A stretch of DNA of 63,494 nucleotides, the filler included, from Candidatus Babelota bacterium (GTDB taxonomy: Bacteria; JAGOBX01), in the NCBI GenBank assembly GCA_017999075.1. It is 6 parts of 6 records of this genome, joined end to end, with 100 filler letters (N's around TTAATTAATTAA, not from the genome) between each part and the next. Parts side by side here need not be neighbours in the genome. Positions count along the whole stretch, not along the records: positions 10,823 to 21,321 come from JAGOBX010000081.1; positions 21,422 to 31,909 come from JAGOBX010000082.1; 4 more parts are not named here. The stretch is one strand, 5' to 3'. The notes beneath the pieces are model-generated. The model had not been told where the DNA came from and searched no databases. It saw only the letters and a program-made list of their open reading frames with translations. The position numbers and the translations under genes are program-made. Each line of letters begins with the position of its first letter. Within the stretch, counting starts at the first letter, position 1. Positions 19,846 through 30,713 of this stretch are shown in pieces.

Positions 19846-21202
19846 ACCTTATAATAGAAGCGATCATATTCAGCCTTCTCTTGGTCTTGGCTGGCTTGCT
19901 CAGAATATCAGGGATATTGCTGATGTTGAAATTTTAGATTGTATAAAGAATAAGATTGATTCGAATGAAAAATTTATTGAAATTATAAGTTGTTTAAAAC
20001 CTGATATTATTGGCATTCAGTGTTATTCGTTTGACATTTTTAATGTAAAAGAAACTCTTCAGGCAATAAAAAAATTTAATCAGAATATCATTACAGTAAT
20101 AGGCGGACCTCATCCCACTTTAATACGCGGCGGTTGTTTTGATTTTTTTGGCGAAACTTTGAATTATATATTTGTTGGAGAAAGTGAAATTGGATTCAGA
20201 AACTTTTTAAACGGAAACGAGTTTTCAGGCATATCGGGTTTTGGATACAGAAAAAATGGGGAGATTTATATAAATGAACCTCAATTTCATAATAATCTTG
20301 ATGAATTGGGGTATCCGGCATGGGATTTGATCAGACCAGAAACATATCCGGAAGCTCAGCATGGAGCTTTTTTTGAAAATTTTCCGATAGCTCAAATAAT
20401 GATTACCCGGGGTTGTCCGTTTGATTGTACTTTTTGTGCCGGAAATAAAATATCTGGTAAACAAGTAAGGTTCAGAACCGTCAATTCTGTTATTTCTGAA
20501 ATGAAAATGCTTTATTATGATTATGGAATAAGAGAATTTCATATAATTGACGATAATTTTATAATAAACAGAAAATATACATTGAATTTACTTAATGAAT
20601 TTAAAAATATAGGATTTAAATTTTCATGGGCTACGCCTAATGGAGTAAGGCTTGATTGTCTTGATGCAGATATACTTTCTTTAATGAAAGAAACAGGAAT
20701 ATATTTGATTTCATTGGGAATTGAATCCGGCAGCGATCGAATATTAAAATTTATAAAAAAAAATATTACTGTTGCTAAAATAACTGAAAAAATCGAGTTA
20801 ATAAGAAAACATAATATAGATGTTGCCGGTTTTTTTATAATAGGATTGCCTACTGAAACCAGAAATGAAATTTTAAAAACTATAAATTTTTCTGTTTCTC
20901 TTCCGCTGGTACGGGCTAATTATTTTACTTTTTTACCGTTTCCAGGAACTGAAAGCTATGAATTTGTAAAAAATGAAAATAGAGAAAATGTTATAGATAA
21001 AGAAAAATTTTATTTTATGAACGCAGCGTATACTCCGGAAGGTATTTCGAGAACCGAACTCAAAAATCTTCAAAGACTGGCTTTTTTAAAATTTTATTTT
21101 AGATTTAATATTTTGTGGTATAACATATCTCGCATAAAAAATGTTAAACATTTAATTTTTCTAATTAAAAGATTTATAAATTGGATTGTAAAACCTGTCT
21201 GA
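19823..21202 (+). CDS. Cobalamin-binding radical SAM protein
   Basis: N-terminal B12 domain (PSLGLGWLA, GGPHPT, GESE); TRGCPFDCTFC, IDDNF, GIESGS. Confidence 0.92.
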   Translation: MKKVILVKPYNRSDHIQPSLGLGWLAQNIRDIADVEILDCIKNKIDSNEKFIEIISCLKPDIIGIQCYSFDIFNVKETLQAIKKFNQNIITVIGGPHPTLIRGGCFDFFGETLNYIFVGESEIGFRNFLNGNEFSGISGFGYRKNGEIYINEPQFHNNLDELGYPAWDLIRPETYPEAQHGAFFENFPIAQIMITRGCPFDCTFCAGNKISGKQVRFRTVNSVISEMKMLYYDYGIREFHIIDDNFIINRKYTLNLLNEFKNIGFKFSWATPNGVRLDCLDADILSLMKETGIYLISLGIESGSDRILKFIKKNITVAKITEKIELIRKHNIDVAGFFIIGLPTETRNEILKTINFSVSLPLVRANYFTFLPFPGTESYEFVKNENRENVIDKEKFYFMNAAYTPEGISRTELKNLQRLAFLKFYFRFNILWYNISRIKNVKHLIFLIKRFINWIVKPV

Positions 21203-21253
21203 CAAAGCTTCAAATAATGAAATTTTATTTTAAATTATGGGAATGTTTCCAAA

Positions 21254-21286
21254 TGCCAGTTCTGCCATTCTGGCAGTTCTGCCATT
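21254..21286. repeat. Tandem 16-bp direct repeat near contig end
   Basis: TGCCAGTTCTGCCATT(21254-21269) and TGGCAGTTCTGCCATT(21271-21286), 15/16 identical. Confidence 0.7.
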
Positions 21287-21321
21287 TTTTACAAAATTTA
21301 TATATTGATAAACAATAAGTT

Positions 21322-21421
21322 NNNNNNNNNNNNNNNNNNNNNNNNNNNNNNNNNNNNNNNNNNNNTTAATTAATTAANNNNNNNNNNNNNNNNNNNNNNN
21401 NNNNNNNNNNNNNNNNNNNNN
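21322..21421. other. Artificial contig spacer
   Basis: N-run/TTAATTAATTAA/N-run. Confidence 0.99.
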
Positions 21422-21423
21422 AT

Positions 21424-22653
21424 ATTTTTTATTTTAACAGCAAAAATGAATTAAATAAAAATAGCGGTAATTTACTTAATATTCCATTTAATGAAAAATT
21501 ATATTCTGTTTTTTCATATAATGAAGAAGTAAATGATAATGTAAAATCACTTAATAAAAATGAATATGCAGGACTGATAGATAATAATGTATTAAAATTT
21601 GATTTGCCGGGTTTAATTTTTCAATTGAATAATATAAATCATCAGTATAAAATCGAATCACCTGTCTTATATAATTTTTTAGATTTTGTTTGTAAAAAAA
21701 TAATTAAACTGAATTCTGATGATTCTGAAAAATTTTTAAAAGAGCCGATAGCCATGTTCACTCACGACGTTGATCAGGTAAATATTAATTCAGTTCAGCA
21801 TACATTAAAGTTTTTTGAGTCTGCAATCAAAAATAAAGATTTAAAATCTTTTATTTACGGTATTTCGCAGTTGAAAAAAAGAGTAACTTCGTCAAAAGAT
21901 ATAAATGAAATTAATTATGAAAATTATCTGGAGACTGAAAACAGATTCAATTGCAGATCCGCGTTTTATTTTACCTGTCTCGGTTCTGAAAGGGATAACA
22001 TAGATCCGTTATATACGTTGAAAACAAAACTTATTTACAACAATATTACTGTTAAAGAATTATGGGACCGCATTTTAAAAAACGGCAATGAAATAGGTCT
22101 TCATACAAGCGTTTATTCAATAAAACGCGATAAAGAATTAAATAATGAAATTAAAAGAATAAAAAATGAAGTTCCTGAATTAAAAGGAACCCGCGCACAT
22201 ACATTGCGCGTCTCAGAAAATTTTTATAAGATTCTTGAACAAGAAAAAATCGAATATGACACGTCTTACTCATATAATGAAATGATAGGTTACAGGTCAG
22301 GTCATTTTTTGCCGTTTTATCCTTTTATTGACGGCCGGAAACTTGATGTGCTGATAATTCCATTTTCATTTATGGACAGCATACTGGCTCATCAGAACGG
22401 TTATCCGAAAAATCAAACTGAAAAAAATATGCATTTCGAAAATATAAAAGTTCATATGGATAATTTGATAAAACATAATGGGATAATGGTGTTTAACTGG
22501 CATTTCAGAACAGTAAATAACAGCAGAATGCCGTATATGTTTGAAATATACAAGGATATTTTAAAATATCTTTATGATAAAAAAATCAAATTTGTAAGAC
22601 CGTGCGATTTTGCATATTCATATAAAAAATATTTATTAAATTTTTACAAATAA
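21424..22653 (+). CDS. Polysaccharide deacetylase-like protein (5'-truncated)
   Basis: The frame is open from the contig start. Motifs THDVD, EIGLH, RAHTLR, YDTS, GYRSG..PF and FNWH (NodB-like CE4 family). Confidence 0.75.
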   Translation: MFYFNSKNELNKNSGNLLNIPFNEKLYSVFSYNEEVNDNVKSLNKNEYAGLIDNNVLKFDLPGLIFQLNNINHQYKIESPVLYNFLDFVCKKIIKLNSDDSEKFLKEPIAMFTHDVDQVNINSVQHTLKFFESAIKNKDLKSFIYGISQLKKRVTSSKDINEINYENYLETENRFNCRSAFYFTCLGSERDNIDPLYTLKTKLIYNNITVKELWDRILKNGNEIGLHTSVYSIKRDKELNNEIKRIKNEVPELKGTRAHTLRVSENFYKILEQEKIEYDTSYSYNEMIGYRSGHFLPFYPFIDGRKLDVLIIPFSFMDSILAHQNGYPKNQTEKNMHFENIKVHMDNLIKHNGIMVFNWHFRTVNNSRMPYMFEIYKDILKYLYDKKIKFVRPCDFAYSYKKYLLNFYK

Positions 22654-22657
22654 AAAA

Positions 22658-23374
22658 ATGTCAAACTGGAATCAATATTGGAATAACCGTTCAAAAACTG
22701 AAACAAGTGATGTTTCAGCTTCAGGATACACTCAATCAGGGAATACTGTAACTCCTGAAATAATTTGTTCTATGCAGGAAGATATTTCGAAAAAACTCGA
22801 GATTTCTGCGGCTGATAAGATGCTTGAAGTCGGATGCGGAGCAGGTATGCATGTAAAGGTTTTTAAACCTAAAGTAAAACAAATTATAGGAATAGATTTG
22901 GCATTTGGAATGACTAACCGCGCAAAGTCTGAATGCGGGATAAACACTGTAAATTCGGGTTCGGTAACTCTTCCTTTTAAGAATTCAATATTTGATAAAC
23001 TTTTATGCTACAGCGTTTTTCATTATTTTTGTGATTATGATTATGCGCTGAATGTTGTTAAAGAATTTCTGCGTGTTGTAAAACCTGGAGGAATAATATT
23101 AATTGGAGATATTCCTGATAAAAATAAAAGAAATCAGTATTTGAATTATATGAATAAAGGAAATAAAATAAATAATTTTAAAGATAAAATAAAATATATT
23201 ATTAATGGACTTAATATAAAAAAATATAATCTTGAATTGTTTTATAAAAAAGAATTTTTTAAAGATATTAATATTAATGGCGCGGAAATTTCAATAGTTG
23301 AACAAAATTATAAACCGTGCCGTATATTGACTGAGATGAAAATAAGATTTGATGTTGTTATAAAGAAAAAATAA
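22658..23374 (+). CDS. Class I SAM-dependent methyltransferase
   Basis: LEVGCGAG, GIDLA, LPF..FDK, RVVKPGG. Confidence 0.9.
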   Translation: MSNWNQYWNNRSKTETSDVSASGYTQSGNTVTPEIICSMQEDISKKLEISAADKMLEVGCGAGMHVKVFKPKVKQIIGIDLAFGMTNRAKSECGINTVNSGSVTLPFKNSIFDKLLCYSVFHYFCDYDYALNVVKEFLRVVKPGGIILIGDIPDKNKRNQYLNYMNKGNKINNFKDKIKYIINGLNIKKYNLELFYKKEFFKDININGAEISIVEQNYKPCRILTEMKIRFDVVIKKK

Positions 23375-23375
23375 T

Positions 23376-24677
23376 ATGATACCTCGAATAAGGCCGATTT
23401 TAAATACAGATATAATCAGGTGGTTGACGCTGAAAAATGTTAGCGAGACAGATGAAATTACAGCGGAATTCATATCTGCTTTAAAAAATAATTATAATTT
23501 TGAAAAAATATTATTTTTTGATTCGGGAAGATCTGCTTTAAGTTTTTGTTTAAAAAATATCAGAGATGATAAACGGAATGAAGTAATAGTTTCAGCTTTC
23601 ACGTGTTCTGTAGTAGCAGACTCGGTTATAAATGCTGGATTGAAACCTGTTTTTGCTGATAGCTGTATAACAGATTTTTCTATTGAACTTGAATCATTGA
23701 AAAAATGCGTTAATAAGAATACACTCGCTGTTGTTTATCCTCATCATTTTGGAATTGGGTCAGAAAAGATTCTGGAAATAACCGGATATTTGAATGAAAA
23801 AAATATTTTTTTAATCGAAGATATAGCGCAAAGCATATTTTGTTATGCAGGAGAAAAAAAAGCCGGGAGTATAGGAGATTTTGCCATAATGTCTTTTGGG
23901 CTGGATAAACCTATTTCGTGCGGTCAGGGCGGGGCATTACTGATAAACAATGAAAAAACAAAGATGAATTATTTTCAGGATTATAAGTATGAATCTGAAA
24001 TTAAAGAAATTCAGGATATAATTTCTTTGATAATAACTCATTATTTTTTCTGCAATCCGAATTATAATTGTTTTTTACAGTTGGAAACAGCAGAACGGTT
24101 TATAAAAAAAAACAGGATTTATTCAGTTGAAAATTTAAATGAAGTATTGTTTGAATTTGAAAAATACATTTATACAGAATCTGTTAAAAAAGAAAAAAAA
24201 ATTAAAAAGATTTTTAATATATTATTTTCTAAAACAAGTAAAGTTTCCGGCAGTATGATAAGCAAAAAAAAATTATATGTGCTGGCAAAAAATTATGAAT
24301 TGTTTAAAAGTGAACGTATTTTAAGAAATGAAAATGCGGTAAAATGGGGAGAATTAATTAATTTAAAATTTTCAGATAAAATAATGCCTTTAAAAATATC
24401 AGGGAATCAGTCAAATCACAGTATTTTAAAATATCCTGCTTTGGTTTCTGATAAAAGTTGCAGAGAAGAAATTTCAAAATATTTTATTGAAAAATGCGGA
24501 ATAGAAACAGGATCGTTTAATTGGCCTTATATATTGCCTCACCGGAAACTTTACAGAAAATACAGAAATAATAGTTATGAATATAAAAACGCGCTGAACA
24601 TATCTGAATGTATAATTAATTTTCCAGTTCACAGCGGGTTGAATTTTGATAAATTGATAAAAAAAATTAATTTTTGA
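23376..24677 (+). CDS. DegT/DnrJ/EryC1/StrS family PLP aminotransferase
   Basis: SGRSAL, HHFG, IEDIAQS, SFGLDKPISCGQGG (PLP Lys), FPVH. Confidence 0.85.
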   Translation: MIPRIRPILNTDIIRWLTLKNVSETDEITAEFISALKNNYNFEKILFFDSGRSALSFCLKNIRDDKRNEVIVSAFTCSVVADSVINAGLKPVFADSCITDFSIELESLKKCVNKNTLAVVYPHHFGIGSEKILEITGYLNEKNIFLIEDIAQSIFCYAGEKKAGSIGDFAIMSFGLDKPISCGQGGALLINNEKTKMNYFQDYKYESEIKEIQDIISLIITHYFFCNPNYNCFLQLETAERFIKKNRIYSVENLNEVLFEFEKYIYTESVKKEKKIKKIFNILFSKTSKVSGSMISKKKLYVLAKNYELFKSERILRNENAVKWGELINLKFSDKIMPLKISGNQSNHSILKYPALVSDKSCREEISKYFIEKCGIETGSFNWPYILPHRKLYRKYRNNSYEYKNALNISECIINFPVHSGLNFDKLIKKINF

Positions 24678-24695
24678 TTGTGGAGATAATTGTTT

Positions 24696-26225
24696 ATGAA
24701 AATATTATTGATAAATCCTCCGTACACAAGATTTAAAGGACTTGTAGACAGGTATTTTCCTATAGGTTTAGGGTATTTGGCTGCGGTTCTTGAAAAAGCA
24801 GGACATACGGCATTAATATATAATGTTGAAAACAGCGCAATAGGAGAAGGAGAAGTTAATTGGGAATTCATTCATAGGCTTGATGTTTTTGATGAATTTT
24901 TAAGACGGCAGGCTGATGAGAATAATTTTATTTATGAAGAAATCAGAAATGTTTTAAAAGAATTCAAACCTGATTTGATAGGAATATCAAATAAAACAGT
25001 TACATTTAAGATAACGTTACGTGTTGCAAAAATCTGTAAATCAATTTTTCCAGAGGTTCCTATAGTTATGGGTGGAGTTCATTCAACCGCGTGCCCTGAC
25101 GAAATAATTTCAAATGAATTTGTTGATTTTAATGTTATAGGAGAAGGAGAAGAAACTCTTACAGAATTAGCAGCCGTATTGGAAAAGAGGCAATCTGATT
25201 TTTCAAAAATCAAAGGATTGTATTATAAAGATAAATATAAAAATGTTTTTAAAAATGAGTTAAGACCATTGATACAGGAACTTGATAAATTACCGCTTCC
25301 GGCATGGCATTTGCTTTTAAACAACCATAATTACAGTAAAACATTATATCAGTCAATGCTTGGCGGAATTTTTACGAGCCGCGGATGTCCATTCAGATGC
25401 GCGTTTTGCTACTGGGAGATGTTTGGAGGAAAAGTCAGATGGCGTTCACCCGAACTTGTTATCGAGGAAATTCAGCTGATGAAGGAAAAATACGGGGTAA
25501 TAGAATTTTATTTTTGGGACGATGTGTTTACAGTGAACAAGCAGCGGCTGATACAGTTTTGTAATCTTCTGATTGAAAAGAAAGTTAATATAGCATGGAG
25601 ATGCCATTCAAGAGCTGATTTATGGGATGCTGATATAATAAAACTTGTTAAAAAAGCTGGATGTTACAGGACATCTCTTGGAATAGAATCAGGTTGTGAA
25701 GAAACTTTGAAATATATGAACAAAAAATTGAATCTTGATACTGTAAGGAACTGCGCGGAATTGCTTAATAAATACAATCTTCCGTGGAATGCTGCATTTA
25801 TAATCGGTTTTCCTGAAGAAACAGAAGAACAGATGCTTGAAACATTTGAATTTATAAAACAGATAAATCCCGGCGAACTGTTTTTATCCGTTTTCACTCC
25901 GTTTCCAGGCACAGAACTTTATTATAAAACCAAAGAATTGGGATTGCTGGAAGGGGAAATCGAATGGGAAAAATTTGAAACCAAGGGACCGAAAAACGCT
26001 TTTGTTTTAAAAGTATCAAAAGAAAGGTTTCAGGAACTTCATAGAACAATGATGAAATGGATAGACGAATACAATAAAACCGCCAATACTTTCTGGTACC
26101 GCCTTAAGATGAGGCTTCCGTATTACAAAAAGCATCCTGTTTTATTTGCAAGGAGAACCTACGAATATTTATATAAAATGTTTTATAATGTTTTACGGCC
26201 TAAACTGGTTCATACATCTAAATGA
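24696..26225 (+). CDS. Cobalamin-binding radical SAM protein
   Basis: PIGLGYLAAVL, GGVHST, GEGEET, TSRGCPFRCAFC, WDDVF, GIESG. Confidence 0.93.
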   Translation: MKILLINPPYTRFKGLVDRYFPIGLGYLAAVLEKAGHTALIYNVENSAIGEGEVNWEFIHRLDVFDEFLRRQADENNFIYEEIRNVLKEFKPDLIGISNKTVTFKITLRVAKICKSIFPEVPIVMGGVHSTACPDEIISNEFVDFNVIGEGEETLTELAAVLEKRQSDFSKIKGLYYKDKYKNVFKNELRPLIQELDKLPLPAWHLLLNNHNYSKTLYQSMLGGIFTSRGCPFRCAFCYWEMFGGKVRWRSPELVIEEIQLMKEKYGVIEFYFWDDVFTVNKQRLIQFCNLLIEKKVNIAWRCHSRADLWDADIIKLVKKAGCYRTSLGIESGCEETLKYMNKKLNLDTVRNCAELLNKYNLPWNAAFIIGFPEETEEQMLETFEFIKQINPGELFLSVFTPFPGTELYYKTKELGLLEGEIEWEKFETKGPKNAFVLKVSKERFQELHRTMMKWIDEYNKTANTFWYRLKMRLPYYKKHPVLFARRTYEYLYKMFYNVLRPKLVHTSK

Positions 26226-26250
26226 ATTTATATAATAAAAATAATCAATT

Positions 26251-27441
26251 ATGACAAACGATAATTTAACTCAAATTTCAGGGAAAGATATTATTTGTAT
26301 TTCTTCAATGGATTATGAAGAACATATGACAGCTAAACAGCAGGTTATGAAAATACTTGCTAAACGGAATCGCGTGTTTTTCTGTCAGAAAGAAACCGGA
26401 CTTGAACATTTGATTAAGCATCCGCAGTTATTAAAAAAAATTTATTTAAGATACACAAAACCGTATTATGAAAAAGATGGAATGAAAATTATAAATTTAC
26501 CGATACTGTTTCCGGGCAGGTATTATTCCAATCTTATAAATTCTTTAAATCAGAAAAAAGTTGCGGGATATTTATTGAAATTATATAAAAAATTCGGAAT
26601 AAACAAACCAATTTTATGGACTTTTGTGCCGCATTCTGCTCCGTTATTTGAAACGCTTCCTGCATCGTTCAGAATTTATCATTGTGCAGAAAATTATAAT
26701 ATCACAGCTTCAGGAAGAAAAAAAAATATTATGCAGGAACAGGAAAATAAATTATGTGAAATCAGCGATGCTGTTTTTTGCGTTACTGCAGGAGTTTATG
26801 ATAAGATTTCGCATATAGTTCCTGAAAAATCTTTTTTAACATACAATGGAGCTGATATTAAAAATTACAGCAGAGCATTATTCAAAATTGAAGAACCTGC
26901 TGATTTGAAAAATATTCCTCAACCAAGAATACTCCATATGGGAATGGTTAACGGGAAAGTAGATTTGGATTTAGCTCTGTATATTGCTGAAAAAAGGGAA
27001 AATATCAGTATAATATTTGTAGGAGATATTTTTTACAGCGATATAAATCTACAGAAATTCAATCAGTTACGCGGGATGAAAAATGTATTTTTTTTAGGAA
27101 TGAAAACAGTAGAACAATTGCCTGATTATTTATCTAATTGTTCTGCTGGTTTAATACTTGGGAAAAAAAATGAATGGACTAAAATCACCAAACCTTTAAA
27201 AAGTTACGAATACCTTGCATCAGGAAAGCCTGTAGTTGCAATAGGTTTTCCGGAGTTAAAAAGTTTTGAAAAATATTTTTTTATATCTGAAAATTATGAT
27301 GATTTTATAAGTAATATTGATTTTGTAATCGGCGGGCGGAGGAAATCGACTCCTGAAGAACAGAATCAGTTTTCTCAACAGCATTCTTGGGAAAACCGTG
27401 TTAAGGAAATGGAAAAAATTATTATTAGATTAGAACGATAG
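26251..27441 (+). CDS. GT-B glycosyltransferase (TuaH-like, GT4 clan)
   Basis: YNGAD, KPLKSYEYLASGKPVV, SWENRV. Confidence 0.85.
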   Translation: MTNDNLTQISGKDIICISSMDYEEHMTAKQQVMKILAKRNRVFFCQKETGLEHLIKHPQLLKKIYLRYTKPYYEKDGMKIINLPILFPGRYYSNLINSLNQKKVAGYLLKLYKKFGINKPILWTFVPHSAPLFETLPASFRIYHCAENYNITASGRKKNIMQEQENKLCEISDAVFCVTAGVYDKISHIVPEKSFLTYNGADIKNYSRALFKIEEPADLKNIPQPRILHMGMVNGKVDLDLALYIAEKRENISIIFVGDIFYSDINLQKFNQLRGMKNVFFLGMKTVEQLPDYLSNCSAGLILGKKNEWTKITKPLKSYEYLASGKPVVAIGFPELKSFEKYFFISENYDDFISNIDFVIGGRRKSTPEEQNQFSQQHSWENRVKEMEKIIIRLER

Positions 27442-27450
27442 AGGGAAAAA

Positions 27451-29184
27451 ATGAAAAATAAAATTTATATTTCGGTATTTTTTGTTTTTGCATTTGCCTG
27501 GCTTTTATCAGGAATAAACTGGGGTTTGATGTCTGATAGACGTAAAACTTTGGTAGAAGAAGGAATTGAGGATAAAAAGAAATTGTATTCAGAAATGATA
27601 TTCGAACGTGAAAATAAATATAATAAGGAAGAATATATTTTTTCAAGATGGGGTAAAGAAATAAAAGATAACACAATTGGAAAATCACAGTTATTTCAGA
27701 TAATAGATTATTCAGCAGGATATAATCTGAAAGGGTTTTATTCATTGATAAGGCCGTTTTATTTAAGATCATATCATCAGGACGAACAGCAGGCAATCCA
27801 GCCGATTTCGAATATGAACCCGAAAAAACTGGATTTCAATCCTAAGTTTTATATTTACGGCGGAGGGTATATTTATCCTACGGCATTTTCTCTTGGGATA
27901 TTTAATATTCTTGGATTTTTTAAGGTAAAGACAGATTTGAATTATTATTTTGAAAATCCGGATGAAATGGCAGGAATGTATATTGCCGGAAGGTTTGCTG
28001 TAGTTATTTCAATATTTTTACAGATTGTTTTGCTGTTTTTGTTATGCCGCAAGTTAACCACGGAAAAATTTGCTCTGTTTTTATGTCTGACATATTTGGT
28101 TTCGCCGCTTGTAACGGCAAATAAAAATCTTATGAAACCGCATTTATTCGCACAATTTTTCAGTTTAGTGATGTTATATTATGTATATAATATGTCAATT
28201 AATAAAAATTTGAAATTTAAATTTTCTATAATATCGGGTTTATTTATCGGGTTCGGAGCAGGATGCAATATGCTGAACGCAGTATTATATCTGATACCAG
28301 CCGGAATGATAGTTTTAGAAAATTATAATTTTGCGGGGAAACTTAAATTTTTAATCATTACCGGTGTGAGCGTAATAGCCGGATATTTTATTGTTAACCC
28401 GTATGTTATTTTTGATTTGAAAAATTATTATTATGAAATGATTTATATAACCCATTATTCAGGTGAAGCTAAACCTGCTTTTAGTAATTTTTTTAAAATG
28501 ACATTAATGAAATATTTAAATTTCTATTTAATTGTTTTGATATTTTGCTATATTATTTTATTAAAAAAAATTAAAATGATTATAAAATCCCCATTTTCGA
28601 AAATTATTATAAGTTCAACTTTTTTTGTTGCAATATTTTTATCATATATGGCGTATAAAAAAGTAGGGACATATTCTTTGTATTATATGCCGACATTGTA
28701 TCCTTTAGTAATTATTACTCCTGCATTATTGTATAAAAGTTTTTCTGATATAGAACGTAAACTTGTTTTTTTATTGATTTCAGTCTGGATGATATGTAAT
28801 TTATTTGTTTCTGTTCAGTATCAAATGGATTTTCATGTTGACGGTTCTGAGAAAAGTCATAGAATAACTGCAGGAGAATGGATTAATAAAAATATCAAAT
28901 CAGGAACTGATGTCGGAATAATAGACTGTCAGCCTCAGGATATACCTGCGTTCGGATTTTCTAAATATAAACTTAGTATTTATCCTTCAAAATATAATTC
29001 TGATATAGACGTTTCAAATTCTGAATATATAATATGTTCGGATTATTCTTACAGAATGGTATGGGTAGATGAACTTGTAAAATCCCGTAAATATGAAATA
29101 ATTAAAGTTTTTAAAAGCGATAGATTTTATTACAGATTATGGGAACAGCTTAATATGCCTATTTATATTTTAAAAAAAATATAG
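27451..29184 (+). CDS. Multi-pass GT-C fold glycosyltransferase-like protein
   Basis: GINWGL, HQDE acidic loop motif, NPKFYIYGG, KPH and NPY; many TM segments. Confidence 0.65.
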   Translation: MKNKIYISVFFVFAFAWLLSGINWGLMSDRRKTLVEEGIEDKKKLYSEMIFERENKYNKEEYIFSRWGKEIKDNTIGKSQLFQIIDYSAGYNLKGFYSLIRPFYLRSYHQDEQQAIQPISNMNPKKLDFNPKFYIYGGGYIYPTAFSLGIFNILGFFKVKTDLNYYFENPDEMAGMYIAGRFAVVISIFLQIVLLFLLCRKLTTEKFALFLCLTYLVSPLVTANKNLMKPHLFAQFFSLVMLYYVYNMSINKNLKFKFSIISGLFIGFGAGCNMLNAVLYLIPAGMIVLENYNFAGKLKFLIITGVSVIAGYFIVNPYVIFDLKNYYYEMIYITHYSGEAKPAFSNFFKMTLMKYLNFYLIVLIFCYIILLKKIKMIIKSPFSKIIISSTFFVAIFLSYMAYKKVGTYSLYYMPTLYPLVIITPALLYKSFSDIERKLVFLLISVWMICNLFVSVQYQMDFHVDGSEKSHRITAGEWINKNIKSGTDVGIIDCQPQDIPAFGFSKYKLSIYPSKYNSDIDVSNSEYIICSDYSYRMVWVDELVKSRKYEIIKVFKSDRFYYRLWEQLNMPIYILKKI

Positions 29185-29192
29185 CATAAATT

Positions 29193-30686
29193 ATGATAAT
29201 ATTAATTAATCCGAACCTTGTATTTCAAAAAAATGATCCGTTTACTACAGGAGTAGTTTATATGCCTGTTGGTTTGGCATATGCTGCGGCAGTATTGAAC
29301 AAATCAGGGTTTCCTATAAGAGTTATTGACGCATTTGGTGAAAATCCCGGGCAATTGGAAAGATCCGGTAAGTTTAATATTCTCGGATTGACTTATGAAG
29401 AAATTTTGTTTAAAATTCCGGAAGATTCTAAAATTATTTATGTTTATGCCATAAATTTATTAAACCATATTTCAACAGTTTCAATAATTGAAAATATAAA
29501 ATTAAAATATCCGGATAAAATTGTTATTGTTATTGAAAACACTCAAGCTGTAACTGCGTATGCTTTAAAAAAGGTTTATAAAGAATTTCTGGCTGCAGGA
29601 GCTGATTATGTTTTAACAGGCGAATGTGAATTTTCTATAGTTGAATTGACTAATTTTTTATTATCGTCCTGTAATAATGAAAACTTTAAAAAAATTAATG
29701 GACTTTGCGGAAAAGATTTTTTTAATGAAAATTATAATGTTATTGAGAATCCCGATAGTTTACCGTTTCCTGCCTGGGAATTTTTTCCTGTTGAAAATTA
29801 TTGGAAATTAAAATTTGGACACGGGCCTGTATCATTAAAAAAATATATGCCGATTTTAACGTCGCGAGGATGTCCTTATAAATGCAGATTTTGCGTATCT
29901 CCAGAAAATAATTTCGGAAAATGGCGGTCGCGTTCAGAAAAAAATATTGTTGATGAAATTGAAAAATATGTTAATGAATTTGGTGTTGAAGAATTTCATA
30001 TAGAAGATCTTAATCCTACGGTTTCAGATGAAAGAATTCAGAATATATGCAAAGAAATTTTAAGAAGAAATTTGAAAATTATATGGAAAATAGCTGCTGG
30101 AACTAAAGTTGAAACTATTAAATCCGAGGAAACTGTCAGATTAATGGCTGAATCAGGATGCAGATATATTTCTATTTCTCCTGAAACAGGTTCGCCGGAT
30201 GTTCTTAAAAAAATGAATAAACCATTTGATATTGATCATGCAGTAAAAAACATCCGGTTTTTTAAAAAATATAAGATTTTTGTTCAAACCTGTTTTGTAC
30301 TCGGATTTCCGGGAGAAACAAAACAGGATTTAATTAAAACTTATGAGTTAATAAAATCTCTGACTAAATTCGGGATAGATGAAATCGCGCTGTTTATAAT
30401 AGCGCCTGTTCCGGGTTCTTCGATATTTGAAGAATTCAAAGGATACTTATCTTTGTCAGATTTGAATTTTACGCCGTCGTGGCGTTCAGATTATGAATTT
30501 TTAGTTAAATTCAGAATGAAACTTTATAGAATGTTTTTGATTATAAAATTAATATATCATCCGTTAAAAGTGATAAAACAATCAATTAATTTTTTTAAAA
30601 GATCATTTGACACAAAAATGGAAATGGTTCCTTACAGAGCTCTTATATACAAATATTATGAATTCAGGAGCCGTTTTAAAAAATAA
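29193..30686 (+). CDS. Cobalamin-binding radical SAM protein
   Basis: PVGLAYAAAVL, GECE, TSRGCPYKCRFC, EDLN, SPETGS. Confidence 0.9.
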   Translation: MIILINPNLVFQKNDPFTTGVVYMPVGLAYAAAVLNKSGFPIRVIDAFGENPGQLERSGKFNILGLTYEEILFKIPEDSKIIYVYAINLLNHISTVSIIENIKLKYPDKIVIVIENTQAVTAYALKKVYKEFLAAGADYVLTGECEFSIVELTNFLLSSCNNENFKKINGLCGKDFFNENYNVIENPDSLPFPAWEFFPVENYWKLKFGHGPVSLKKYMPILTSRGCPYKCRFCVSPENNFGKWRSRSEKNIVDEIEKYVNEFGVEEFHIEDLNPTVSDERIQNICKEILRRNLKIIWKIAAGTKVETIKSEETVRLMAESGCRYISISPETGSPDVLKKMNKPFDIDHAVKNIRFFKKYKIFVQTCFVLGFPGETKQDLIKTYELIKSLTKFGIDEIALFIIAPVPGSSIFEEFKGYLSLSDLNFTPSWRSDYEFLVKFRMKLYRMFLIIKLIYHPLKVIKQSINFFKRSFDTKMEMVPYRALIYKYYEFRSRFKK

Positions 30687-30713
30687 AATTTATTAAAAAT
30701 TCTGGTAAAAATT

